Positions 41,447-51,650 are shown, numbered from the stretch's first letter. The stretch is 61,987 bases of DNA from Eubacteriales bacterium (GCA_045533775.1 JAZSIK010000054.1:1-61987), one strand, 5' to 3'. Numbers and translations: made by a program. The notes: generated from the letters alone by a model not told the origin.

Positions 41447-43567
41447 TTATTTTGTGAAATCAAATGCGGCGGTGCCGTCCTTGATCACCAGGCGAGCGTC
41501 AAAATATCTGTTGTTCTTGGAGATAAAGCCCTTGATTATATCGGTCTTGCCCTCGGAGAGCAGACGGCGTACCTCAGAGATGGGGATGTCGCGGCGGCAG
41601 ATGTTTACGCCAACGCGGAACTTACAGCCATCCTCAAAGCCCATACAGCCGTAGCTGAATCTGCCTCTCACAACGTTTCTGCCACAGAGGGGACAGGCGC
41701 CGACTATCTCGCCGTATTTACCTGTATCAACGCCAAGCACCTCGGTGGTGCCTCCGGTACCCTTGCGGAATATCTCGGCGATCTCGCTCTCACAGAGGCG
41801 TACGCTCTCCTCAACGGTCATCTCACCGTGATAAACCTTTTTCAGCGCCTTGCCAAGCTCGCTGGTCTTGTATTTATCCATATTAATGGATAGCTTACCC
41901 AGAGACTCAATAAAATGCTCGCCGCCGGGGAGAATGGTGTACACATCCTTTTTAAGAGCGATATAGCCGCTCTTCTTGGCGTTGTCAATAATGCCCGAGC
42001 GGGTAGCCTCGGTGCCAAGCTCCAGACCCTCAAAGATAGCGCGGTAATCCTCAGCGTCATCAAGAGCACCCGACTCCTCCAGCTCCTTTGCCTTTGCCTT
42101 ATCGTCCTTAAAGGGATTTTTCAGGTAGTTGTTAAGAGTTGTGATGGTGTAGTGCCTCGGGGGTGTGGTGGTCTTCTCGGCAGGCTTAAAGTCAATGTTT
42201 ACCACGTCACCCACAGAGAGCTTGGGCAGTATCTTATCCTTTTTTGTATAGTCGTCATACTTGGTCCAGCCGCGCTCCAGAATTACAGTACCCTTCAGTA
42301 CAAACTCCTCAAGCGAGCCTACCTTTATCTTTATCTCAGACTTCTGCGCTAAGCATTCCTCGGCACAGAAAACCGCCACAAAGCGACGGAAAACGGTGGA
42401 ATAAACCTTGTTTTCCTCATCGGAGAGCTTCTCCCTCTGAGGTATCTTATATGTGGGGGTCAGAGCGGAGTGCGCCTCTATCTTGGAGTCGTCAAAAATA
42501 GACTTTGAGTCCTTGAACCTTACGGGATAGCCAAGCCCCTTGATGTTGCTGATGATCTGCTTCATCTTATCCTTCTCGGCGGTGGCGAGGTACTCGGAGT
42601 TGGTTCTCGGATAGGTCAGGTAGCCCTCCTCATAGAGCTTCTGGATAATTCGCAAGCTGTCGGTCATGCTCATCTTGTATTTTTCGCCGAGAACATTCTG
42701 CAGAGTGGAGAGTGAAAAGAGCTTTCCGGGGTAGATATTCTCCTTTTTGCTGGTGACACTAGTTACAACTGCGCCGGTGTCATTATAGAGCTTTGCCGAC
42801 TCCTCTGCCTTAGAAATCTCATCTTTTGCAAACTTAAGTTTACTTGTAAGCTCAATTTTCTCGCCATTCGTCTTTTCAGCGGAGGAAATCACATAGTATT
42901 TTTCGGGCACAAAATTGCGTATCTCCATATCCCTGTCATAGATGGCGCGGACTATGGGAGCGATAACTCTGCCCACGCGGAGCAGCTTGCCCGTCTTGAT
43001 AGTGGCGTATCTTGTCAGATTTACACCGTAGAGCCAGTCAATATATGTGCGGGCAAGACCCTCACCCGCCAGGTTGTCATACTCCGACTCATCCTTCATC
43101 TCACCGAGCGCCTTTGCCACGGTCTCGGGGGTCTGGTCTGGCAGCCAGAGTCTCTTCTGCTTTTTCTCGGACTTCAGAGCGTTCTGCACGCAGAGGCGAA
43201 CGATGATCTCTCCCTCTCGGTCGGCGTCTCCTGCGTTTACGATAGTGTCAACATCGTCACGGTTGCAGAGGGTGGCTATGGTGTTATACTGCTTTTTCAC
43301 GCCCTGGTCAACGCCCTTTTTGTTATCTGCGCGGCGCAGCTCAAAGCGGAATTGCCGGGGGAAGCAGGGCAGCTTCGTCAACGTCCATCTGCCGGGCTCC
43401 TCACCTGTGTAGCTCTCAATGTCGGCAAGGGAGAACAGGTGACCGAACGCCCAGGAAACTATATAGCTTTTGCCAATATAGTAGCCGTCTTTTTTATCCA
43501 TTTTTTCGCCTATGCCCGCGATGATGTTTCTCGCCAGGCTGGGCTTTTCGGCTATGATAAGTACCAT
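41447..43567 (-). CDS. topB: DNA topoisomerase III
   Basis: MVLIIAEKPSLARNI, WAFGHL, DREGE, LTYPRTNSEYL, and a C-terminal zinc ribbon CPLCGRNVVRGRFSYGC. Confidence 0.92.
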   Translation of the reverse strand: MVLIIAEKPSLARNIIAGIGEKMDKKDGYYIGKSYIVSWAFGHLFSLADIESYTGEEPGRWTLTKLPCFPRQFRFELRRADNKKGVDQGVKKQYNTIATLCNRDDVDTIVNAGDADREGEIIVRLCVQNALKSEKKQKRLWLPDQTPETVAKALGEMKDESEYDNLAGEGLARTYIDWLYGVNLTRYATIKTGKLLRVGRVIAPIVRAIYDRDMEIRNFVPEKYYVISSAEKTNGEKIELTSKLKFAKDEISKAEESAKLYNDTGAVVTSVTSKKENIYPGKLFSLSTLQNVLGEKYKMSMTDSLRIIQKLYEEGYLTYPRTNSEYLATAEKDKMKQIISNIKGLGYPVRFKDSKSIFDDSKIEAHSALTPTYKIPQREKLSDEENKVYSTVFRRFVAVFCAEECLAQKSEIKIKVGSLEEFVLKGTVILERGWTKYDDYTKKDKILPKLSVGDVVNIDFKPAEKTTTPPRHYTITTLNNYLKNPFKDDKAKAKELEESGALDDAEDYRAIFEGLELGTEATRSGIIDNAKKSGYIALKKDVYTILPGGEHFIESLGKLSINMDKYKTSELGKALKKVYHGEMTVEESVRLCESEIAEIFRKGTGGTTEVLGVDTGKYGEIVGACPLCGRNVVRGRFSYGCMGFEDGCKFRVGVNICRRDIPISEVRRLLSEGKTDIIKGFISKNNRYFDARLVIKDGTAAFDFTK

Positions 43568-43670
43568 ATTCTCTCTCCTTTCCCAAGATATTGAAGCTCG
43601 TATTTACTATTGTAGCACATCCGTCGGCAAAATACCATAGGTTTTTGAAAATTATTTTTCTGCAGCGGTT

Positions 43671-43779
43671 GGTACTACGGGCGGTGGTGGTCAAGGGTGA
43701 TTTGGCGGATGGTACAGCGGGCGACGGAGGTCAAGGGTGATTTGGCGGATGGTACTACGGGCGGTGGTGGTCAAGGGTA
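43671..43779. repeat. 40-bp tandem repeat, about 2.7 copies
   Basis: ggtactacgggcggtggtggtcaagggtgatttggcggat at 43671. A variant copy at 43711 and a partial copy at 43751. Confidence 0.85.
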
Positions 43780-43882
43780 GTACAGAGGAGAGTTTTCTCG
43801 GATTTGTAGGGAGAAAGCTTGTTTTTGGTTGACAAGAGACTGCATTTGAGTTATAATGGACTCATAAAAAAGGAGATGCGCT

Positions 43883-44710
43883 ATGAAAAAGACTTTGATT
43901 TTTGTAATTTTGGCACTCAGCCTGTGCTGTATTTTCAGCTCCTGCAATCCCACCGGGCAGACCCCCGACCCTGGCTATTCCACCGGACTTGTGTTCGTAT
44001 CAAACGGTGACGGAACCTGCTTTGTCAACGGAATAGGCGACTGCACCGACACACATATTGTTGTACCCCCCACATCCCCCGAGGGCGACATAGTTGTCAC
44101 TATCAGCAAGACGGCATTCTCGGAGTTTGACTCTATTACCGACATAACAATCCCCGACAGTATTACCAGCATCGGCACTCTGCATAATCAGGCGCTGGGC
44201 CTCTGCCCCTCACTTAAAAATGTGAACATCAGCGACAGCCACCCCAACTACAAGTCTGTTGACGGCGTGGTATACTATAAGGACGGCACCCGCCTTGCCT
44301 GGTATCCCGCGGGCAGAACAGAGAGCAGCTATACTGTGGCAGAGGGTACCTACGCTATTACCGATTTTGCCTTCTCGGGCTGCAAGAATCTTAAGGAAAT
44401 AATCCTGCCCGACGAGTGTGTGAGTATCGGAAGCCACGTTTTTCGCGGCTGCAGCTCGCTTCTGAGCATCACTCTGCCCGAGGGAACAAGGGATATATTC
44501 AACGGCGCATTTATCGCCTGTACCTCACTTAAGAGCATTGTCATTCCCGCCTCTGTGACCCGAATTGGTGATATGGCGTTTATACAGTGCCCCGCCCTCA
44601 CCGATGTGTACTACGGCGGCAGCGAGGAGGACTGGAAGAGTATTGATATGGGCTCGGACAACGGCCTTACCAACGTAACAGTCCACTATAACCAGGGTAG
44701 CAAAAACTAA
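43883..44710 (+). CDS. BspA-type leucine-rich-repeat lipoprotein
   Basis: Signal peptide with lipobox IFSSC. LRR units ITIPDSITSIG, IILPDECVSIGSHVFRGCSSL and IVIPASVTRIGDMAF. Confidence 0.85.
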   Translation: MKKTLIFVILALSLCCIFSSCNPTGQTPDPGYSTGLVFVSNGDGTCFVNGIGDCTDTHIVVPPTSPEGDIVVTISKTAFSEFDSITDITIPDSITSIGTLHNQALGLCPSLKNVNISDSHPNYKSVDGVVYYKDGTRLAWYPAGRTESSYTVAEGTYAITDFAFSGCKNLKEIILPDECVSIGSHVFRGCSSLLSITLPEGTRDIFNGAFIACTSLKSIVIPASVTRIGDMAFIQCPALTDVYYGGSEEDWKSIDMGSDNGLTNVTVHYNQGSKN

Positions 44711-44718
44711 TAATCAAG

Positions 44719-44745
44719 GCGAGTCGGAGACGGCTCGCTTTTTTT
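44719..44745 (+). terminator. Rho-independent terminator
   Basis: 8-bp stem gcgagtcg / cggctcgc, loop GAGA, T7 run. Confidence 0.8.
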
Positions 44746-45033
44746 GTGCGAAAATGCCTGTTGGGAAAGGCAAGGTCGGGTGTCCCCCCTGCCCGAAATG
44801 TGAAAAAGGCAGCCTGTTTTTTCCGGGGAATGTGGAAAGTGTGGAAAGGTCGTCAGCGCTGATCCCGAGTGAGATCCGAGGGAGAGCGAGCAAAAGCCCC
44901 GGCCAACACCGACCGAGAGCGCGGATAGACCGTCTGAGTGCCGAGCGGACCCGAGTCAGATCCCGCACAGATGCTTAACGAGGAAAACAAAAGTCAGCAT
45001 TTTCAAGGGTTTTCGGGCATTTTTTGTCACCCA

Positions 45034-45090
45034 AGATAAAAAAAGATAAGGCAAGATAAGGTAAGGTAAGTAAAGATAAGGTAAGTAAAG
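45034..45090. repeat. Degenerate (GATAAG/GTAAG)n microsatellite
   Basis: agataaaaaaagataaggcaagataaggtaaggtaagtaaagataaggtaagtaaag. Confidence 0.7.
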
Positions 45091-45303
45091 TATTCTACTA
45101 CCAATATTCTCTCTTTCTTTCATACAAGGGGCGCGGGGCGCCATCGCGCGATGCTTTTAACGGGTCGTTCAGGCTAAACGGTGCTTGCATTGTGGACAAG
45201 TGATGTTGCCTTCGGCTTTTTTTCTTAGTTGGCAAAAAAATCTTTACTTTTTTTAATATGTATGTTATAATAAATTGTTAAGATATATACGGAGGACAAA
45301 CAT

Positions 45304-45882
45304 ATGGCCAAGCTATATTTCAAATACGGCGCTATGGGCTCGTCAAAGACGGCAAGCGCGCTGATCACCAAGTTTAACTATGAGGAGAGAGGAATGAAGG
45401 TGTGGCTCATCAAGCCTGCCACCGACACACGCGACGGAGATGACGTAATTAAGTCGCGCATCGGACTCTCCCACAGGTGCAGAGCTATTGACAGAGGAGA
45501 GGATCTCTTTGAGGTATTCTGCCGTGAGGCGAGGGATGTTGACGCAATTATCTGTGACGAGTGTCAGTTCCTCACAAAAGAGCAGATTGACGGTGCGAGG
45601 AGGATAGTTGACGACTTTGATCTTCCCGTGCTCTGCTTTGGTCTGCGGACAGACTTCCTTACCCACTGCTTTGAGGGCTCTGCCAGACTCTTTGAGGTTG
45701 CCGACTCTATCGCTGAGATAAAGACTATCTGTGAGTGCGGCAGAAAGGCTACCGTAAACGCCCGTATAAATGACGGCAAGGTTGTGACAGAGGGTGAGCA
45801 GTTTATGCTGGGAGGCAATGACAGCTATGTTGCTATGTGTCACCGCTGCTGGAAAAAGAGAATTGCAAACGAGAAAAATTGA
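45304..45882 (+). CDS. tdk: Thymidine kinase
   Basis: [12 protein letters not shown] (P-loop), DECQFL, and the C-terminal zinc motif CECG...CHRC. Confidence 0.92.
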   Translation: MAKLYFKYGAMGSSKTASALITKFNYEERGMKVWLIKPATDTRDGDDVIKSRIGLSHRCRAIDRGEDLFEVFCREARDVDAIICDECQFLTKEQIDGARRIVDDFDLPVLCFGLRTDFLTHCFEGSARLFEVADSIAEIKTICECGRKATVNARINDGKVVTEGEQFMLGGNDSYVAMCHRCWKKRIANEKN

Positions 45883-45898
45883 CGAAAGGAATATAAAT

Positions 45899-46567
45899 AT
45901 GGAACTTAAGAACATTCTTGCAAGATGCGACCACACACTTCTGCTGCAGGGCTCTACCTGGGCGGAGATCTCGGCTATCTGTGACGACGGCATAAAGTAC
46001 GGCTGCGCGTCTGTATGTATTCCCGCCTCCTTCGTAAAGCGCGCAAAGGAGTATGTAGGCGACAAGCTTGCTATCTGCACCGTAATAGGCTTCCCCAACG
46101 GATATTCCACCACAAAGGTCAAGGTATACGAGACCGCCGACGCCATCTATAACGGTGCTGACGAGATAGATATGGTTATCAACATCGGCGACCTGAAGGA
46201 CAAGAGATATGACCTTATCTTAGAGGAGATAAACGCTATCAAGGCTGCCTGCGCGGGCAGAATACTTAAGGTAATTATTGAGACCTGTCTGCTCACCGAG
46301 GAGGAGAAGATCAAGATGTGCGAGATCGTGTCTGGGTCAAATGCCGACTATATCAAGACCAGCACGGGATTTTCCACCGCGGGCGCTACAAAGGCAGACG
46401 TGGAGCTGTTCGCAAAGCACACCACCAATGGCAAGAAGATAAAGGCGGCGGGCGGTATCGCCTCTCTCGCTGATGCGGAGGACTTTATCAATCTGGGAGC
46501 TGACAGACTTGGCACCAGCCGTATCGTAAAGATCGCTAAGGCGGAGAGTAACATTTCGGGCTACTGA
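45899..46567 (+). CDS. deoC: Deoxyribose-phosphate aldolase
   Basis: ATG 45899 (SD aaagga). [31 protein letters not shown]. Confidence 0.9.
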   Translation: MELKNILARCDHTLLLQGSTWAEISAICDDGIKYGCASVCIPASFVKRAKEYVGDKLAICTVIGFPNGYSTTKVKVYETADAIYNGADEIDMVINIGDLKDKRYDLILEEINAIKAACAGRILKVIIETCLLTEEEKIKMCEIVSGSNADYIKTSTGFSTAGATKADVELFAKHTTNGKKIKAAGGIASLADAEDFINLGADRLGTSRIVKIAKAESNISGY

Positions 46568-46725
46568 TTAAAAGCAGAATTAACCGTAGGGGCGAGCATC
46601 GGTCTCGCTACAACTCGGTCACGCTCGGGGTCTAACAGTCCGCCGGACTGTTATTAAACACCCTCACGCCGCTACGCTACGTCCGAATGCAGAATTAACA
46701 GAAAAACATCTAAGGAGAAAAAATA

Positions 46726-47451
46726 ATGGATAACACAAGATTTCACACCCCTCATATAAAGGCTACACCCGACGATTTTGCCAAGACCGTGCTTATGCCC
46801 GGCGATCCTCTCAGAGCTAAGTTTATCGCAGAGACCTTCCTTGAGAATGCCAAGCTGGTCAACAATGTGCGCGGTATTCACGGCTATACAGGTATGTGGA
46901 AGGGCGAGAGAGTCTCTGTTATGGCAAGCGGCATGGGTATGCCCTCTATCGGTATTTATTCCTACGAGCTCTTTAACAACTTCGGTGTAGAGAATATTAT
47001 GCGTATCGGCTCTGCCGGCGCTATGAGCGAGAAGGTAAAGGTGCGCGACATTATCTTCGGTATGGGTGCCTGCACCAACTCCAACTACGCCGTTCAGTAC
47101 AACCTTCAGGGCGCCTTTGCCCCCATTGCAAGCTACGATATGATGAAGATAGCTATTGAGGAGGCTGAAAAAATAGGCGCAAGATACTGCGTAGGTAATC
47201 TCCTCTCCTCCGACACCTTCTATAACGCTGATGCAGAGGCTACTATGAAGTGGGCAAAGCTTGGTGTTCTCGGTGTTGAGATGGAGGCTGCCGCTCTCTA
47301 TATGAACGCGGCATATCTTGGCAAGCGCGCGCTGGCTATCTGCACCGTCTCCGACCACATCATCACAGGCGAGGCGCTTGACGCAGACGCAAGACAAAAC
47401 TCCTTTACCGAGATGATGGAGATCGCGCTTAACACCGCTATCAGACTGTAA
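46726..47451 (+). CDS. deoD: Purine nucleoside phosphorylase, DeoD type
   Basis: TPHIKA...VLMPGDPLRAKFIAE, SGMGMPSIGIYSYEL, GVEMEAAALY. Confidence 0.92.
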   Translation: MDNTRFHTPHIKATPDDFAKTVLMPGDPLRAKFIAETFLENAKLVNNVRGIHGYTGMWKGERVSVMASGMGMPSIGIYSYELFNNFGVENIMRIGSAGAMSEKVKVRDIIFGMGACTNSNYAVQYNLQGAFAPIASYDMMKIAIEEAEKIGARYCVGNLLSSDTFYNADAEATMKWAKLGVLGVEMEAAALYMNAAYLGKRALAICTVSDHIITGEALDADARQNSFTEMMEIALNTAIRL

Positions 47452-47573
47452 TTAAGAAATGATGGAATGATGGAATGATGTCGCTTCGCTGATGATGGAA
47501 TTGATCGTAGCGAGACCACCTCGTCCGAAATCATAATGCAAAATCAACTTTTTCATCAATAAGGAGAAAAGAA

Positions 47574-48743
47574 ATGAAAGCAAAAAGAGTATTTATCATA
47601 GTTCTTGACTCCGTTGGAATTGGATACGCGCCTGACGCCGCCGATTTTGGCGACCTCGGAGCAAATACTATGAAGAGAATATCCGCATCGGATAAGTTTA
47701 ATATACCCACCCTGCTGAAGCTGGGACTCGGCAGCATTGACGGCGTGGACTACCTGCCCAAAAATGACAGCCCCGAGGCAGCTATATGCAGACTGCGCGA
47801 GCGCAGCAAGGGTAAGGACACCACCACGGGTCACTGGGAGATGATGGGTATCGTGTCAGAAAAGCCTATGCCCACCTACCCGGACGGTTTTCCCCCCGAG
47901 GTGCTTGACGAGTTCAGCCGTCAGACGGGCAGAGGCGTGCTTTGCAACCTGCCCTACTCGGGCACCGATGTTATCCGCGACTACGGAAAGAGACACGTGG
48001 AGAGCGGCGACCTTATCGTCTATACCTCGGCGGACAGCGTATTTCAGATCGCAGCCCACGAGGAGCTTGTACCCCCCGAAAAGCTTTATGAATACTGCCG
48101 AATTGCCAGAGGTATCCTTCAGGGCGATCACGCGGTGGGCAGAGTTATTGCCCGTCCCTTCATAGGCAGCGAGGGAGCATACAAGAGGACCGAGAACCGC
48201 CACGACTTCTCTCTCACCCCGCCCAAAAGGACGGCTATGGATGCTATCGGTGAGAGCGGTCTTGACGTGATCTCTATCGGCAAGATATACGACATCTTCT
48301 CGGGAGCGGGTATAAAGGAAAGCCTGCCTACCCACAACAACACCGAGGGTATGGCGACCCTGCTTGATGTACAGAAGAGAGATTTCCACGGTCTGTGCTT
48401 TGCAAATCTCGTAGATTTTGATATGCTGTACGGTCACAGACAGGATATAGACGGCTATGCGGCTGCCCTGACTGCCTTTGACAGCTGGCTGCCCACCTTC
48501 CTTTCGGGTATGAGAGAGGACGATGTACTGATGATCACCGCCGACCACGGATGTGACCCCGGCGACAGCAGCACCGACCATACGAGAGAGGAGGTGCCGC
48601 TCATCATCTGCGGCGACTCCGTAAAGCCCCGCAACCTTGGCAGAGTATACGGCTTTGCCACCATTGGCAACACCGCGGCAGACCTGCTTGGTGTTGAGTA
48701 TTCCGAGGGCGGAGTAGGCTCGCTTATGGAGGAGATAATATGA
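47574..48743 (+). CDS. deoB: Phosphopentomutase
   Basis: VLDSVGIG, KDTTTGHWEMMG, FANLVDFDMLYGHR, ADHGCDP. Confidence 0.92.
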   Translation: MKAKRVFIIVLDSVGIGYAPDAADFGDLGANTMKRISASDKFNIPTLLKLGLGSIDGVDYLPKNDSPEAAICRLRERSKGKDTTTGHWEMMGIVSEKPMPTYPDGFPPEVLDEFSRQTGRGVLCNLPYSGTDVIRDYGKRHVESGDLIVYTSADSVFQIAAHEELVPPEKLYEYCRIARGILQGDHAVGRVIARPFIGSEGAYKRTENRHDFSLTPPKRTAMDAIGESGLDVISIGKIYDIFSGAGIKESLPTHNNTEGMATLLDVQKRDFHGLCFANLVDFDMLYGHRQDIDGYAAALTAFDSWLPTFLSGMREDDVLMITADHGCDPGDSSTDHTREEVPLIICGDSVKPRNLGRVYGFATIGNTAADLLGVEYSEGGVGSLMEEII

Positions 48744-49150
48744 CTGTAAACACAAAGGCCCTGCTGGCTATGGCAGAGGAGGCGAGAGGCGCGTCCTATT
48801 CACCCTACTCTCACATCTCTGTGGGCGCGGCACTACTTACCAAAACGGGCAAGGTATATCGGGGGGCGAATATTGAGAACGCCTCCTACTCCCCCACTAT
48901 ATGCGCAGAGCGGGTGGCATTCTTCAAGGCTATCTCCGACGGAGAGCGCGATTTTGTCGCTATTGCAATCGCCGGTGGCGAGGCAGGTGGAGAGAGCAAG
49001 GCAGATTTTCCTCCCTGCGGTGTTTGCCGTCAGGTTATGGCGGAGTTCTGCTCCGAGAGATTCCTCGTCATCTGGGGAAACAAGGATAAAATGACAGAAA
49101 AGACCCTGGGCGAGATCCTGCCCTGCGGCTTTGACAAGAGTAATTTATAA
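48740..49150 (+). CDS. cdd: Cytidine deaminase
   Basis: CAERVAFFKAI and PCGVCRQVMAEF zinc ligand motifs. The start overlaps the deoB stop. Confidence 0.92.
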   Translation: MTVNTKALLAMAEEARGASYSPYSHISVGAALLTKTGKVYRGANIENASYSPTICAERVAFFKAISDGERDFVAIAIAGGEAGGESKADFPPCGVCRQVMAEFCSERFLVIWGNKDKMTEKTLGEILPCGFDKSNL

Positions 49151-49165
49151 GAAAAGGAAAATACT

Positions 49166-49954
49166 ATGCAGGATATAGGAACTCAGTTTCACATTCGCTG
49201 TAACGCGGGTGACGTAGGTCGCTATGTTTTTCTCCCCGGTGACCCCGGTCGCTGCGAGGAGATCGCAAAGCATTTTGACGATCCCATTCACGTGGGAATG
49301 AACAGAGAATACAACATTTACACAGGCACGCTCTTAGGACAGAAGGTGTCGGTATGCTCTACCGGTATCGGCGGTCCCTCCGCCTCTATTGCTATGGAGG
49401 AGCTCTCTGCCATCGGCGCTGACACCTTTATACGCATCGGTACCTGCGGTGGCATTGATCTTGACGTTCAGCCGGGTGATGTGGTGGTTGCCACCGGTGC
49501 TATCCGCTACGAGCACACCTCTATGGAATATGCGCCCATTGAGTTCCCTGCCGTGCCCGACTTTGACATTGCCTGGGCTCTCAAGACGGCAAGCGAGGAG
49601 CTGTGCTACCGCACCCACACCGGCGTTGTACAGTGCAAGGACTCCTTCTACGGTCAGCATTCACCCGAGAGGTCGCCCGTATACTACGAGCTGCTCAACA
49701 AGTGGGAGAGCTGGAAGCGTCTTGGCGTTAAGGCGAGCGAGATGGAGTCTGCCGCCCTCTTTGTTGTTGCATCAGCGCTGGGCGTTCGCTGCGGCAGCTG
49801 CTTCCACGTTATCTGGAACCAGGAGAGAGAAAAGGCGGGTATGAATATGCCTATGACCGAGGACACCTCGGGAGCTATTAAGGTAGGTATTGCGGCGATG
49901 AAGAAGATCATCACAAAAGATATTGCCACACTCGTTAAAACCGAAAAAGTCTAA
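49166..49954 (+). CDS. udp: Uridine phosphorylase
   Basis: [44 protein letters not shown]. Colinear with E. coli Udp as I remember it. Confidence 0.85.
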   Translation: MQDIGTQFHIRCNAGDVGRYVFLPGDPGRCEEIAKHFDDPIHVGMNREYNIYTGTLLGQKVSVCSTGIGGPSASIAMEELSAIGADTFIRIGTCGGIDLDVQPGDVVVATGAIRYEHTSMEYAPIEFPAVPDFDIAWALKTASEELCYRTHTGVVQCKDSFYGQHSPERSPVYYELLNKWESWKRLGVKASEMESAALFVVASALGVRCGSCFHVIWNQEREKAGMNMPMTEDTSGAIKVGIAAMKKIITKDIATLVKTEKV

Positions 49955-50007
49955 ATAAACTATTCAATATAGCACGCAGAAAAATGCAATTTTGAAAAGG
50001 ACAGAAT

Positions 50008-50622
50008 ATGGAAAATGTACTTGTAATCGGAATAGCCGGCGGCTCGGGCAGCGGAAAGACCACTCTGGCTAAAAACATCGTAACTCACTTCTCCGACCGC
50101 ATCAGCGTGCTTCGTCACGACGACTACTACAAGTGTCAGGACGATATTTCTATGGAGGAGCGCATTAAAACGAACTATGACCACCCCCACGCCTTTGACA
50201 CCGATCTGCTCATCTATCACATTGACGAGCTGCGGGCGGGACGGGATATTTGCTCGCCTACATACGACTATTCCCGTCATACAAGGTCCAGCGAGGTGCG
50301 AGAGGTCAAGGCGAATAAGGTTATCGTCTTGGAGGGTATTCTCATTCTTGAGAACGACAGGCTCCGCGACCGCCTTGATATGAAGATCTATGTGGATACA
50401 GATGCGGACGTACGCATTCTGCGCCGTATTCTCCGCGACGTAAAGGAGAGAGGCAGAAGTCTTGACTCGGTTATCGGCCAGTATCTCAGTACGGTAAAGC
50501 CTATGCACGAGGCATTTGTTGAGCCCAGCAAGCGCTATGCCGACATTATCGTGCCCGTCGGCGGTGAAAACGCCGTTGCCTGTCAGATGATCGTGGATCA
50601 GATTGAGAAGCACTTATCATAA
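50008..50622 (+). CDS. udk: Uridine kinase
   Basis: [40 protein letters not shown]. Confidence 0.92.
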   Translation: MENVLVIGIAGGSGSGKTTLAKNIVTHFSDRISVLRHDDYYKCQDDISMEERIKTNYDHPHAFDTDLLIYHIDELRAGRDICSPTYDYSRHTRSSEVREVKANKVIVLEGILILENDRLRDRLDMKIYVDTDADVRILRRILRDVKERGRSLDSVIGQYLSTVKPMHEAFVEPSKRYADIIVPVGGENAVACQMIVDQIEKHLS

Positions 50623-50728
50623 GCTTGCATAGGCGAATTTCATCCACCGCAAGCGGTCCCCCTTCCGGGGCAGGGAAGGCTGTAGCACGAGGCGTTTGTT
50701 ATCAGCTCTGAACTTTTAACTCTTAAAT

Positions 50729-50762
50729 AAAAAAATCGGCAACTTTCGTTGCCGATTTTTTT
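50729..50762. terminator. Bidirectional terminator
   Basis: Stem atcggcaac / gttgccgat, loop tttc, A-run before it and a T7 run after it. Confidence 0.8.
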
Positions 50763-50783
50763 GTGCCATTTGGCTATTAAAGG

Positions 50784-51179
50784 TTATCTTTTTATAGATA
50801 TGGCATTACATACCAGCGATACAAAGGATGTCGCCGCGGGAACAAAGAGGGTGACGATCCTTCCTACATCCACTCCGACGGAGAGGGCGGATTCTGCAAA
50901 GAAGAGCGCAATATTGAGCCATATTAATAACGCGGGAATATCAATCAAAACGCAAAGCAATCCGACAATCTTCCATCCGCTGCCCAGGTGAATAAGCTTC
51001 AAAACCGTGGCGACAACGCCGAATGCAATCAGAAAGAGCGCAAGAAGCGAAAAAATGCCTGCGGCAATGTTGTCATAGATCTCATCTGAGGTAAGACCCG
51101 AGATCATATGCATAATTGCGATTCCGACGACCAGATGCAAAATATAGTTAAATAACGAAATTATACCAATTTTTCTCAT
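50784..51179 (-). CDS. Small polytopic membrane protein (paralogue A)
   Basis: Four predicted TM helices. LKLIHLGSGWKIVGLLCVLIDI is shared with the neighbouring gene. Confidence 0.6.
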   Translation of the reverse strand: MRKIGIISLFNYILHLVVGIAIMHMISGLTSDEIYDNIAAGIFSLLALFLIAFGVVATVLKLIHLGSGWKIVGLLCVLIDIPALLIWLNIALFFAESALSVGVDVGRIVTLFVPAATSFVSLVCNAISIKR

Positions 51180-51242
51180 ATTTTTACTCCTTTTTTGTTT
51201 TTTCCTCTCAAAAAGGAGGTGTTCTTACAATATTAGCAAAAA

Positions 51243-51650
51243 TTATCTGCCCAGCGATCTGATATTGGACACCATAGAGCTTACAGACAAGGATATGGGC
51301 AGAGCAAGGGGAGCTAAGTCGTAGAGCAGATCGGGAAGATAGACAGAGGAGAAATCTCCCGCAGGAAGTGCGGTGCTGATCCAGGCAAGAATGGCAAAAA
51401 TGTCAAGCAAAATGCAAAGGAAGCCGAAAAAGCCCCAGCCTGATGCCATATGTATGCCCTTCAGAATCACACCGGCCAGACCGTAGGCTGCAAGCGCAAC
51501 GCCAAGGATAAGCAGAACAGCAAGTCCGATACCCTCGCCGCCCTCCAGCTCCTTTGTCTCGGTGACAATCTTAACATAGACCACAAGTCCGCCGCCAAAG
51601 AGCAGATACAGAAGATAGACGATAAACGAAAACTTTCCACCACGTTTCAT
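51243..51650 (-). CDS. Small polytopic membrane protein (paralogue B)
   Basis: LKGIHMASGWGFFGFLCILLDI. Same topology as 50784-51179. Confidence 0.6.
   Translation of the reverse strand: MKRGGKFSFIVYLLYLLFGGGLVVYVKIVTETKELEGGEGIGLAVLLILGVALAAYGLAGVILKGIHMASGWGFFGFLCILLDIFAILAWISTALPAGDFSSVYLPDLLYDLAPLALPISLSVSSMVSNIRSLGR

Noticed and set aside
41279-41893. 204-aa plus-strand ORF and other plus-strand ORFs (41915-42352, 43047-43412) overlapping topB
   Set aside because: They are antisense to a complete topoisomerase III gene and have no motifs. The small real-looking ORF in this area is instead on the minus strand at 41272-41370.
44714-45144. ORFs 44714-44968 (-), 44754-44978 (+) and 44956-45144 (-) in the LRR-tdk spacer
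   Set aside because: They overlap one another, are Arg/Pro/Gly/Ser-rich with low complexity, have no SD, and one runs through the microsatellite. The region is treated as non-coding.
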